Source of the DNA: Candidatus Anammoximicrobium sp.
GTDB lineage: Bacteria; Planctomycetota; Planctomycetia; Pirellulales; Pirellulaceae
Direction of reading: 5' to 3'
DNA length: 64,000 nt
Assembly (NCBI GenBank): GCA_012515235.1
Contig: JAAYYU010000042.1
Span: 17,122-81,121 of the forward strand
Under the pieces are notes generated by a model, which was not told where the DNA came from, searched no databases, and saw nothing but the letters and a program-made list of their open reading frames with translations. Both the position numbers and the translations under genes were made by a program. Below are positions 48,416 through 56,765 of the stretch, in pieces. How positions within the stretch are numbered: position 1 is the first letter of the stretch; each line of letters opens with the position of its first letter.

Positions 48416-49254
48416 CCTGCCTGCAGGACGTCCGGCGGCACCAGCGCATTCAGGCTGCCGGAGCGGAAGCCCTCCAAGTCGATCGTGACAAAACGGAATC
48501 CGAGATCCTTGAGACCCTGGACCAGCCGTTGTCGCGCCGAGTCCTCGACCAGTCGCCCCACTTCCGCCGGCGGCACTTCCAGCCGCGCCAAATCGCCGCG
48601 GTGGTACCGGACCCGCACCGTCCGTAAGCCTTCGTCGCGCAGCAACCGTTCCGCCCGGTCGATCATGACCAACCGTTCCGGTGTAATCGCTTCGCCGTAA
48701 GCCACTCGGCTGGCCAGACAGGGCATCGCTGGCTTGTCCCAGATCGGCAGGCCCCAATCGGCCGCCAACTGCCTCACTTCCGCCTTGCTGATTCCGCATT
48801 CCAGCAACGGACTGCGAATCCGGTGCTCCTCCGCCGCCTGCGTGCCCGGACGATAATCGCCCGCGTCATCGGCGTTGGCGCCGTTGACGACCACGCGCAC
48901 ATTCCACCGCGGCGCCAACCGTCCGATCTGCGTATACAACTCGGACTTGCAGTGATAGCAGCGATCCGGCGCGTTTCGCGTGTACTCGGTCTTGGCGAAC
49001 TCGTCCGTAGAGATCGTCTCGTGGCGGATGCCGATCCATTCCGCCAGACGTCGGGCTTCCTCCCGTTCCCCGTCGGGCAGACTGGAACTGACTCCCGTCA
49101 CAGCAACCGCCCGATCTCCCAACGCCAACTGGGCCGCCTTGGCCAGGACGGTGCTGTCGACGCCTGCCGAAAAGGCCACAGCGCAGCTTTCAAAACTGCG
49201 CAACAAGTCGAGCAATCGCTCGCGTTTCGCTTCGAGATCGTTCAACAGCCGCAC
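48412..49254 (-). CDS. PP-loop ATP pyrophosphatase of the LarE / TIGR00268 type
   Basis: AVAFSAGVDSTVLA (PP-loop), CYHCK, GANADD, PLLECGISKAEVR, MPCLASR. The start is uncertain (GTG 49254 or TTG 49245). The M-start at 49407 in the track runs through a structured, T7-containing region. Confidence 0.8.
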   Translation of the reverse strand: MRLLNDLEAKRERLLDLLRSFESCAVAFSAGVDSTVLAKAAQLALGDRAVAVTGVSSSLPDGEREEARRLAEWIGIRHETISTDEFAKTEYTRNAPDRCYHCKSELYTQIGRLAPRWNVRVVVNGANADDAGDYRPGTQAAEEHRIRSPLLECGISKAEVRQLAADWGLPIWDKPAMPCLASRVAYGEAITPERLVMIDRAERLLRDEGLRTVRVRYHRGDLARLEVPPAEVGRLVEDSARQRLVQGLKDLGFRFVTIDLEGFRSGSLNALVPPDVLQAG

Positions 49255-49288
49255 CCTCCACAAACCGCCGAAGAGACTTCCGACCCTG

Positions 49289-49526
49289 AAAAAAAGCAGC
49301 CCTTCCACCGCAATGCCGTGGCGATGCGTTTTGTGAGAGCCCGCAATGGAAAAAGGGGGAGCCTGGGCTCCGGGTTGTGTGATCCAACATGAGTGGCCGA
49401 CTGACAAGCAGTCAACCGATGTTGGCTGTACACGCGGCCAGAACCAAAATCTGGGCTCCCTGCGGTTCTCGTTAACGGCTCATCCAAATATCGACATCGG
49501 CAACACGAGCATGGCAGAAGGGCTGC
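49289..49526 (-). ncRNA. candidate structured RNA or 5' leader ending in U7
   Basis: On the minus strand GCAGCCCTTC (49526-49517) can pair with GAAGGGCTGC (49305-49296), which is followed directly by TTTTTTT. Nested hairpins lie between them. No family recognised. Confidence 0.3.
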
Positions 49527-49628
49527 CAAGATCCTCTTGATTCGTAGCGTAGGGCATGCGGCGCTGAAGACGGTCAATGCCGTCCGTGCCTTCCCCCGTC
49601 GTCTTCCCTCCTTGTCGTTCGTGGGGTC

Positions 49629-50957
49629 TTACCCAATCGTATCCCGCGTTACGGGTTCCATCACCTTCGTATTCCGCTCGATGGCCAGAATGATGGTCCG
49701 CTGCTCCAAGCCGTCGCGGCTGCCGGCGACGACCGGCAAAACCTGTCGGCGGTCGGGCATGCTCTTGCGCACGACAAAGGTGCCGTCCTCCCGCAGTCGC
49801 ACCGGTTGCCCTGCCAGCGAAACGTGGGCGTCCGGTCGAGTCTGGCCATAGACGATCAGTTCGGCGTCCACGTCAAACTCAAAACTGGAGCGATGCGCGG
49901 AGCCCGCGTCGGCGCTGACGCCGTAGCGGTTGTTCAGCGGGGATTCCATCGAACGGTTCAAGCGTTCTTCGAACAACTCCTTCAAGTCCCCGCTGTCCAG
50001 TTCTTCGTTGTACCCGCCACTGAGCGCATAGACTTTTTCGAAATTCCGGGCCACGTCGCTCCAGTTCTGGTCCAAAGCGTCGCTGGCGCCGGGACGAGGG
50101 GTACTCACCGAATTGCTCCGGACCAGAGAATGAAAACGTCCGTTGGCTGCCAGATAGCCCAGATCGACGCGAAAGCTCTTCGGCGGATCGGCGACGTCCA
50201 GGTACCAGTTGTTGACCCCGCCATGCACCTCAATCTCCCGAACGACGCGCTCCGATGTGCTGGTCGTCGTCCCCGTATCGACCTCCAACAACCGCAACAC
50301 CGGCTTCGCCGTGTGCCAGTACTCGCACATGGCCGCCCGCGCCCGTTCGACGCTCGCCCGGCTGACCTCCCAGTAGGCATGCAGCCAGTATGAATCGCGG
50401 ACCATCAGCACGATCCGATCCCGCCGCACCTTGCCGTTGGTTCGCCGCGGGCCCGCACTCCGCCGCCTAACGTCCCGCGCCGTCGGCACCCCCGGAATGT
50501 CCGTCGCCAAATCCCGCAATCGCTCCCGTTCCTCTTGAGCGGACTTGATCCTCTGCACGACCAACGGACTCTTGACGCGTGCCGCTCCGCTCGACTTGCC
50601 GGCGCCGTTCGTCTTGCTGGTGATGGCTCGCTTAGCCGTCACGCCCCCGGCAGGCCGGCTGCAACCGCCCTGCGAAGACTTGCTCCCCGCCGTCTTCTTC
50701 GACGCCACGGCGGCCTTCGACGACGCGGCTTTCTTCATCTCGGCCGGCCTCGATTTGATCGCCCCATTCGATGCCTTGCTTCGCGCGGCAGTTGGGCGAC
50801 GGGCTTTTGCGGCCTTCCTTTTCAACGCTCGCACCAGCTGGTCTTTCCGCATCTCACGCCACCCGGAGATCCCTTGCTGCTTGGCCATCCGCTCCAGGTC
50901 CTTGCGTGTTCGCTCGTTCAAGTTGACTGGTGTAATCAATGGACTGTACCTCCGCAC
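49629..50957 (-). CDS. DUF4912-domain protein with an N-terminal Rho_N/SAP-like helix-extended-helix and a basic linker
   Basis: LNERTRKDLERMAKQQGISGWREMRKDQLVRAL, then a K/A/S-rich linker, then IVLMVRDSYWLHAYWEV. The start may be the TTG at 50939, 9 nt after GGAGG, rather than the GTG at 50957. Confidence 0.7.
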   Translation of the reverse strand: MRRYSPLITPVNLNERTRKDLERMAKQQGISGWREMRKDQLVRALKRKAAKARRPTAARSKASNGAIKSRPAEMKKAASSKAAVASKKTAGSKSSQGGCSRPAGGVTAKRAITSKTNGAGKSSGAARVKSPLVVQRIKSAQEERERLRDLATDIPGVPTARDVRRRSAGPRRTNGKVRRDRIVLMVRDSYWLHAYWEVSRASVERARAAMCEYWHTAKPVLRLLEVDTGTTTSTSERVVREIEVHGGVNNWYLDVADPPKSFRVDLGYLAANGRFHSLVRSNSVSTPRPGASDALDQNWSDVARNFEKVYALSGGYNEELDSGDLKELFEERLNRSMESPLNNRYGVSADAGSAHRSSFEFDVDAELIVYGQTRPDAHVSLAGQPVRLREDGTFVVRKSMPDRRQVLPVVAGSRDGLEQRTIILAIERNTKVMEPVTRDTIG

Positions 50958-51294
50958 GTGGATTCGCCGCGTTGCCCGCGGATCTTATCTGTCTTACGCC
51001 CTCCGTGACGGGATCCGTCGCGTCCCAAACCCACTCGGCAGTCCCTAGCCGGAGAAGATTTGAGCCTGAGTTGGTTCGGCTCGCTCACTCGCCGTTAGTA
51101 TCCCCTCGCCAACCGAGCCCGATTGGCGATTGGCTCCCTCTCTCTCGTTCCGAAACGGCCATTCCCTACAAGCATCAGGAAGGGCTCACGCCGCCACCCT
51201 CAGTTTAGTCGAAAACGGCAGACTACGCAAACGCCGTACCACCCGAAGGTGCTGGAGATGTAAGAATCGATGTAAAGCTATAATTGGCAGCGAC

Positions 51295-51759
51295 TTAGAC
51301 CATGTCAGCCAAAGCCTTAGCTACCCACTGGCTAAATAGAATTGCCGCCAGGATACAGGTCGATACCGAGGTAGCCATCCTTGGACGCCAAACCGGCAGA
51401 CCTCGATGAATCCGGCAAAACTGGCCGATTCGGTAGGGAAACTGGAAAAGGATCAACGCGAGGAAGAGGTATCCGCCGACGTTATGGTGCCAGGCGTCGA
51501 GGAATTCGCCATGAACCAGGCTGATCACGGCGCGAGTCGAACCACAACCCGGACATTCGGCACCGGTCAGGCGCTTGAACCAGCACATCTCGGGCAACGG
51601 AACGTCCCAGACGGGCAGCACGACGCGTTCGTCGCGGACTCTGAGCGTCAGCGCAATCGCAATCACCCCCAAGGACGCCAAAAGAACGGCGGCGTGGTAC
51701 GTCAACTCCCGCCGGGAATCAGACTCGCTCCTTCTGGACGTGTTCCGCATTGAACTCAT
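51295..51759 (-). CDS. DUF2752-like membrane protein
   Basis: CWFKRLTGAECPGCGSTRA motif plus 3-4 TM segments. Its start overlaps the upstream stop as ATGA. Confidence 0.7.
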   Translation of the reverse strand: MSSMRNTSRRSESDSRRELTYHAAVLLASLGVIAIALTLRVRDERVVLPVWDVPLPEMCWFKRLTGAECPGCGSTRAVISLVHGEFLDAWHHNVGGYLFLALILFQFPYRIGQFCRIHRGLPVWRPRMATSVSTCILAAILFSQWVAKALADMV

Positions 51760-53627
51760 TGCTTGGATTGGCCTTGCGCTGCTTCAAGTGCCTGCTGAAA
51801 GAACTCCAATTGGCGCCGGATTTGGACTGAATGAGGATCCAGTTCCGCCGCCCGCGATTGGTGCAGGACGGCGTTTTTGTAGTCTTTTTTGGCGTAGTAA
51901 CAGCGGCCCAGCGTATCGAGATAGCCTGCCGTTTCCGGGCGCAACTCCAGGGACCGCTGGCTGCTGCGCAAAGCCTCGTCGTAATCTCCTTCGGTGTTGG
52001 ACACCAGCCACGCCAGCTGATTGTGGGCGACCGCGAGTTCCCGATAGTAACCAGCCCGAACGCCTTCCGTTGGCGCTTCGGCCGCTTGGCGTTCGTATTC
52101 CGTCGCCTCGTTGCGGAATTCGTGGGCTGCTTGGCGGATTAAGTCCAGTGTCTCTTTTCGCCAAGCGGGGTCTTTCTCGCTGACGCGGTAAATGCCAATC
52201 AGTACGTCTGCGTCTTTCGGATCGTGTCCAACGGCTTTCTTCAGGTGTTCGACGCGTTGTTGATGATCGCCGCTAAGTCGCGCGTGTTCGGCCAGGAAAT
52301 AGTGCATCCGCGAGGGGAGACTGCCGGGTTCTCTGCCCAGGCGGGCGACCAGGTAGCGAACGTTTTCGTCCTTTTCGATTGCTGCGACAGCGTCACGAAG
52401 CGCTTCCGCCGCGTCCTGCTCGCGCTGTAAATCGTGCAGCATCTCGGAGAACATGATTCTCGCCTGCAAGCCCTCCTGGGAATTGGCTCGGAAACGCCCG
52501 ACGAGGAACCGGTATTCGCGTTCGCACCAGTCGAACAGGCCCCGCTCCTGCAGCGAGTAGGCCACAACGAGATGCTCGTGATAGTCGTCCTGATTCGACT
52601 TAAGTCCTTGTTCTGCAGTCTTCTCCGACTCTTCTTGACGACCGTTTCGAAGTTGGGCTTCGGCCAGACGGTATCGCAGCAACGTGCTCTCTTGGAATCG
52701 TTCAGGAAACCGTTTTGCGACGTCTTCGATCATCGGCCAGCCGCGTCGTTCCAGGAGCCAGTCGATGCAATCCACAAGCTGTTGTTGGCTGCCGTCCAGC
52801 AAATCAACGGCCTTGCGAACCGCAGCGAGGCTTTCCTCTTCCCGGCCAAGTCGCTCCAACAGGTCCGCCCGCCAACGAAGCAAGTCTCGCAGCACCTCGA
52901 ACGACGAGGCGTCCGGAGCCGTGTGATAGGTTCGCTCCTCTGCCTCCGTGATGCTCGCCCAATCCTGAAGCGCAGCCGCAGGATCCCTGAGGGTTTCGAG
53001 ATAGACGCGTAGCCAATGAGCGGCTTCGCGACTGCTGTTGCCCAGCGACGATTGAATGCTGTCCGACACGCTGGGCGCGGTCTTTCCGTCGGCGGGGAGT
53101 TCCCCTTGCATCACCAGCAACGCGGCACGCTTGGACAAGGCGTTCGAGGTTTCGAACCGCGTGATTCGGCAGAGCGCCAACAGGCCTTGATTTTCCGGCA
53201 AGCGGGCCACTTGAGCCGCGAGGCTCTGGCGTTCGTCTTCGGTTTTGTCCCCATAGGATCGCAACAACTCCCTAACCCGCGGCGGGTCGTCTTCGTGGGC
53301 CCAGCGGACGTTCAGACTGTGCAACAGGTAGCGGGCCCGCAGGGCAATTTCGATATCATCGCTGGTCTGGGCGTGGTACAACTGGTCGAAGACGTTCAGC
53401 CCCATGCGGCGCAGCTTCGCTTGGGCGTTCTCGCGGACGGCATAGTCGGCCGCTCCCAGTTCGCGGATCAGCGTCCCGACTTGATCCTTTGCCTGTTCGG
53501 CCGCCGCATTAGCTGCCGAAGCGGACTCATGGGGCCAGGCCGGTGCCGGCAATCCCGACGCCGCGAGGATCCACAACCACGCAGTCCTGCGGTAGTCCAT
53601 CATCGACGTGCGCCGTAACTGTGGCAT
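51756..53627 (-). CDS. exported TPR-repeat protein with the N-terminal 'LGAxxYxxRExAxxxL' module
   Basis: GGAGG lies 7 nt before the ATG at 53627 (MPQLRR). TPR-like repeats occur throughout, e.g. AGYLDTLGRCYYAKKDYKNAVLHQSRAAELDP. Confidence 0.8.
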   Translation of the reverse strand: MPQLRRTSMMDYRRTAWLWILAASGLPAPAWPHESASAANAAAEQAKDQVGTLIRELGAADYAVRENAQAKLRRMGLNVFDQLYHAQTSDDIEIALRARYLLHSLNVRWAHEDDPPRVRELLRSYGDKTEDERQSLAAQVARLPENQGLLALCRITRFETSNALSKRAALLVMQGELPADGKTAPSVSDSIQSSLGNSSREAAHWLRVYLETLRDPAAALQDWASITEAEERTYHTAPDASSFEVLRDLLRWRADLLERLGREEESLAAVRKAVDLLDGSQQQLVDCIDWLLERRGWPMIEDVAKRFPERFQESTLLRYRLAEAQLRNGRQEESEKTAEQGLKSNQDDYHEHLVVAYSLQERGLFDWCEREYRFLVGRFRANSQEGLQARIMFSEMLHDLQREQDAAEALRDAVAAIEKDENVRYLVARLGREPGSLPSRMHYFLAEHARLSGDHQQRVEHLKKAVGHDPKDADVLIGIYRVSEKDPAWRKETLDLIRQAAHEFRNEATEYERQAAEAPTEGVRAGYYRELAVAHNQLAWLVSNTEGDYDEALRSSQRSLELRPETAGYLDTLGRCYYAKKDYKNAVLHQSRAAELDPHSVQIRRQLEFFQQALEAAQGQSKQ

Positions 53628-53887
53628 CGGGCAACCTCCGGTCCAGCGAAGACATTTCACTTCTTAAGCATACCCGCACAGCGCCCGCGGGGACAAGCTT
53701 CACCGCCCGCAAACCGGACTCGAGAATCCTTCGGCACAGCGAAAATGCCTGGTACACTGGGGAGCGCCGGGCTGGTACCATTCGTACTCCGGCATCTGGG
53801 AAGCGAGCAAGAGCGCTTCGCCGTGCCTCCTTGTACGGTACACCTGTGGCACTTTCTGTTTTCACCCGTTTGTTGAGGAACTGCATC

Positions 53888-54967
53888 ATGTTCAGCAGAT
53901 TTCGTCTGGGATGGTTGTCTTTCGTCGCCTGGGGATCGGTCGTCGCTCTGGTTGGCGTTGCGTGGGCCGCTGATCCGCCCCCCAAGCCCAAGAAGCAGGC
54001 TGAGTTGCTGATCCGCTTGCCGGATTTCTGCAACACGCCAGACGGGATGTGTCTGTATCCCGACGGCAACATCATCCTGGCGGTGCCGAACGTCAACGAT
54101 CAGAGCCAGCCAGGGGTGATCATGAAGGTCACGCCGGACAACAAGCTGGAACGGTTCTACGACCCGCCGTTGCACCCGGACACGGGGAAGGCCTATCCGT
54201 TCGGCATCTGCGTCGGGCCCAACGGCGACCTCTTCTACGCCGATTTGCAGTGGTTCGCCAACCCGGAGAAGCCCAACTACAAGTCCCGCGTGATGCGGAT
54301 TCCCATGAAAAACGGCAAACCGGGCAAGGCGGTGGTCTTCTGCTCCGGCCTGGTGGTGGCCAACGCGGTCGCCATCCGCGACGGCTACCTGTACACCAGC
54401 GACACGATCCTGGTGCCCGACTCAAAGCCGCTGATCAGCGGCGTGTTCCGTTTCAAGCTGAACGAGGAGGGCGTGGAGGTCACGCGGCCGCTGATCGACG
54501 ACCCGCACGTGATCGCGACGATCAAGAGCTACAACTCGGCCGTCGGTTTCGGAGCGGATGGGTTGACGTTTGACAGCCGGGGCAACCTGTACATCGGCAA
54601 CTTTGCCGACGGCACGCTGCATCAGGTCAAGTTCGACGCGCAGGGCAAGCCGCAGCCAGCGGCGATCTTTGCCAAGGTGCCGTTCATGAAAAGTTGCGAC
54701 GGCATCTTGTGCGATCCGGCGACCGACAAGATCTACGTCGCCGACTCCGCCGCCAACGCCATCCAGGTTGTGACGCCAAACGCCCAGGTGTACACGCTGG
54801 CTCGGGACCCGGAAAACGATGGCCGGGACGGCTTGCTGGACCAGCCCTGCGAGGTGTTGATCCGCGGCCGGGAACTGGTGATCTCAAACTTCGATTTCCC
54901 CGTCCCCGGCGGCGTGAACACCAAGTACGAGTTGCCCAACACGCTGTCGCGGGTTCTTTTGGACTGA
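53888..54967 (+). CDS. exported six-bladed beta-propeller protein (SMP-30/LRE or NHL-like)
   Basis: Start at MFSRFRLGWLSFVAWGSVVALVGVAWA. It has PDGMCLYPDGNIILAV, GPNGDLFYAD, ADGLTFDSRGNLYIGN and DKIYVADSAANAI. Confidence 0.7.
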   Translation: MFSRFRLGWLSFVAWGSVVALVGVAWAADPPPKPKKQAELLIRLPDFCNTPDGMCLYPDGNIILAVPNVNDQSQPGVIMKVTPDNKLERFYDPPLHPDTGKAYPFGICVGPNGDLFYADLQWFANPEKPNYKSRVMRIPMKNGKPGKAVVFCSGLVVANAVAIRDGYLYTSDTILVPDSKPLISGVFRFKLNEEGVEVTRPLIDDPHVIATIKSYNSAVGFGADGLTFDSRGNLYIGNFADGTLHQVKFDAQGKPQPAAIFAKVPFMKSCDGILCDPATDKIYVADSAANAIQVVTPNAQVYTLARDPENDGRDGLLDQPCEVLIRGRELVISNFDFPVPGGVNTKYELPNTLSRVLLD

Positions 54968-55089
54968 ATCAGTGCGACATTGCCCGCCGGCCCCGGGCGG
55001 CAGGGCGAGGCGGCGGACCAAGACGAAGTCGCGTCCAAAGACGCGCCGCCGCAGTCTCGCGATGCCGTCCGTGGGGAACGATCCGTGTC

Positions 55090-56502
55090 TCAGTACCGGT
55101 CCGCGACCGTCAGTTTCTTTTCGACCTCATCCGCCCAGCGGCCGATCTCCACGACGCTGCGGCGGATTTCCTCCGGATCGCACGTCGCTCGCGGAAAGCT
55201 GTTGACCATCACAAAATGGGGCGTTCCCATGACGTCTTCGACGGCCAGCGAACCGTGGCACAGACGGGCGTTCAGTTCCAGCGCACGGCGGAAGTAATCC
55301 GGATTGGCCGGGCCGCAAATGCTGTAGATCTTGACCACGCGTTCCTGGCCGATGGGAGCCGCACACTCCTCGACGCAGACACGCTGCATTCGGCCTCCGG
55401 CCTGGGGCACGCTGAGGGTAATGCGATGCTCGTGGTCCTCACGCGTGACAATCAGGTCGCGGAGCGCCGCGTCGACCAGCTTGGCGAGCTGGCACACGTT
55501 GCGGCTGACCGCTTGCAGCGCGTGGTACACGGTTTCGCCGTCCGGCGGGCGGTCGCCGGGGTGCTTGGCCATGCAACTCATCGCCAACTCCGCGGCTTCG
55601 CCGGGGACCTCCGGGCACCGCTCCCGCGGATCGGGCACCGGAGCATGAGTATGTTTCTCCGCCAGACGGATGATGTCCCGGTCCACGAACGGAAACTCGC
55701 CGGTGAGCAGATAGTAGTAGGACACGCCGACCGCGTACACGTCGCTGGCTTTGCTGGCCGGTTTCATGCGGAACAGTTCCGGCGCCATGAAATACGGCGT
55801 GCCGGCCAGCGATTCCCCCGCGGCCCTGCCCGCGGCGACAAGTTTGGCCAGACCGAAATCGGCCAGCTTGGCCAGGCCGTTGCGATGGACCAGGATGTTG
55901 GAGGGCTTGAAATCCCGGTGAACGACGCCGCAGCGATGCGCTTCAGCCAGGGCCGAGCAGGTCTGTAACAGGATCTCCGTCGCCGGGAAGGCCTCCAGCT
56001 TGCCCGCCGCCTGGACCATCTGCTGCAGCGTCTGGCCGGGCACGTATTCCAGTTCGATGTAGTGGAAACCGCCGTTCTGGCCGATGTTGTGGACCGTCAC
56101 GATGTGCGGGTGGACCAGCGACGCGGCGGCGCGGGCCTCGGCTAAAAACAAGCCGACCATATCCCGGCCGCTGCCCGGCCGAGTCGCCAGGATTTTGATC
56201 GCGCAGGGGCGATACAGCGTGTTGTGCGTGGCCCGATACACCCAGGCCATGCCGCCCTTGCCCAAAAACGATTCGATGGTGTAACTGTCGAACGGCTTCC
56301 CAACCAGTTGCTCGCTCAAATCCCGCACGCGGCGGGCCTCGTCCGCCGCCTCGACCGACAACGTCAAATCCAGGTCCAACGTCGGCGCCAGCTCGTGGAC
56401 CGTGAGCACTTCGCCGCATTGTGGACAGCGGCCCTGGTTCGCGTCCGCAGAAAACGGCTCGTTGCAGCCTCGGCAGTACAGTACCTGATTTGTCATAGGC
56501 AT
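55090..56502 (-). CDS. Ser/Thr protein kinase with an N-terminal zinc ribbon and a C-terminal YbjN-like domain
   Basis: Start at MPMTNQ (ATG 56502). It has CRGC..CPQC, GKGGMAWVY, AIKIL, VHRDFKPSNIL, LADFGLA and GTPYFMAPE. The C-terminus (ITLSVPQAGGRMQRVCVEE..VKIYSICGPA..HGSLAVE..FVMVNSF) resembles YbjN/T3SS-chaperone-like sensory domains. Confidence 0.9.
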   Translation of the reverse strand: MPMTNQVLYCRGCNEPFSADANQGRCPQCGEVLTVHELAPTLDLDLTLSVEAADEARRVRDLSEQLVGKPFDSYTIESFLGKGGMAWVYRATHNTLYRPCAIKILATRPGSGRDMVGLFLAEARAAASLVHPHIVTVHNIGQNGGFHYIELEYVPGQTLQQMVQAAGKLEAFPATEILLQTCSALAEAHRCGVVHRDFKPSNILVHRNGLAKLADFGLAKLVAAGRAAGESLAGTPYFMAPELFRMKPASKASDVYAVGVSYYYLLTGEFPFVDRDIIRLAEKHTHAPVPDPRERCPEVPGEAAELAMSCMAKHPGDRPPDGETVYHALQAVSRNVCQLAKLVDAALRDLIVTREDHEHRITLSVPQAGGRMQRVCVEECAAPIGQERVVKIYSICGPANPDYFRRALELNARLCHGSLAVEDVMGTPHFVMVNSFPRATCDPEEIRRSVVEIGRWADEVEKKLTVADRY

Positions 56503-56612
56503 GGTCTTGGCCCCCCGCGCCAACTCGCCCCCTACGGAGCGTGGCCTACCTCCCGGCTGTGAACGCCATCGAGCAACGACGCGCAGTGTAACCGGAACGT
56601 ATGCCGATGCAA

Positions 56613-56650
56613 CTCCTCGACCTCGATCCACCTCGATCGACCTCGATCGT
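56613..56650. repeat. 10-bp tandem repeat CCTCGATC(C/G)A, about 3.5 copies, in a divergent promoter region
   Basis: CTCCTCGA CCTCGATCCA CCTCGATCGA CCTCGATCGT read directly from the sequence. It lies between the kinase start (56502, minus) and the sialidase-like start (56766, plus). Confidence 0.7.
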
Positions 56651-56765
56651 TCCCGCACCGTGCTTGTTTGTCGTTGGCCAGAGGGTGATAATGCTGAAGC
56701 CGTTCGACCGCGGGAAGCGAGCCTGCGGTGCAGGAAAAACCGCAACTTTGAGAGGATTGCCCGTC

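Noticed and set aside
53740-53850. Recurrent TGGTAC/GGTACAC motifs in the divergent TPR / beta-propeller promoter region.
   Set aside because: The copies are short (6-8 nt), few and irregularly spaced. They cannot be distinguished from chance without comparative data.
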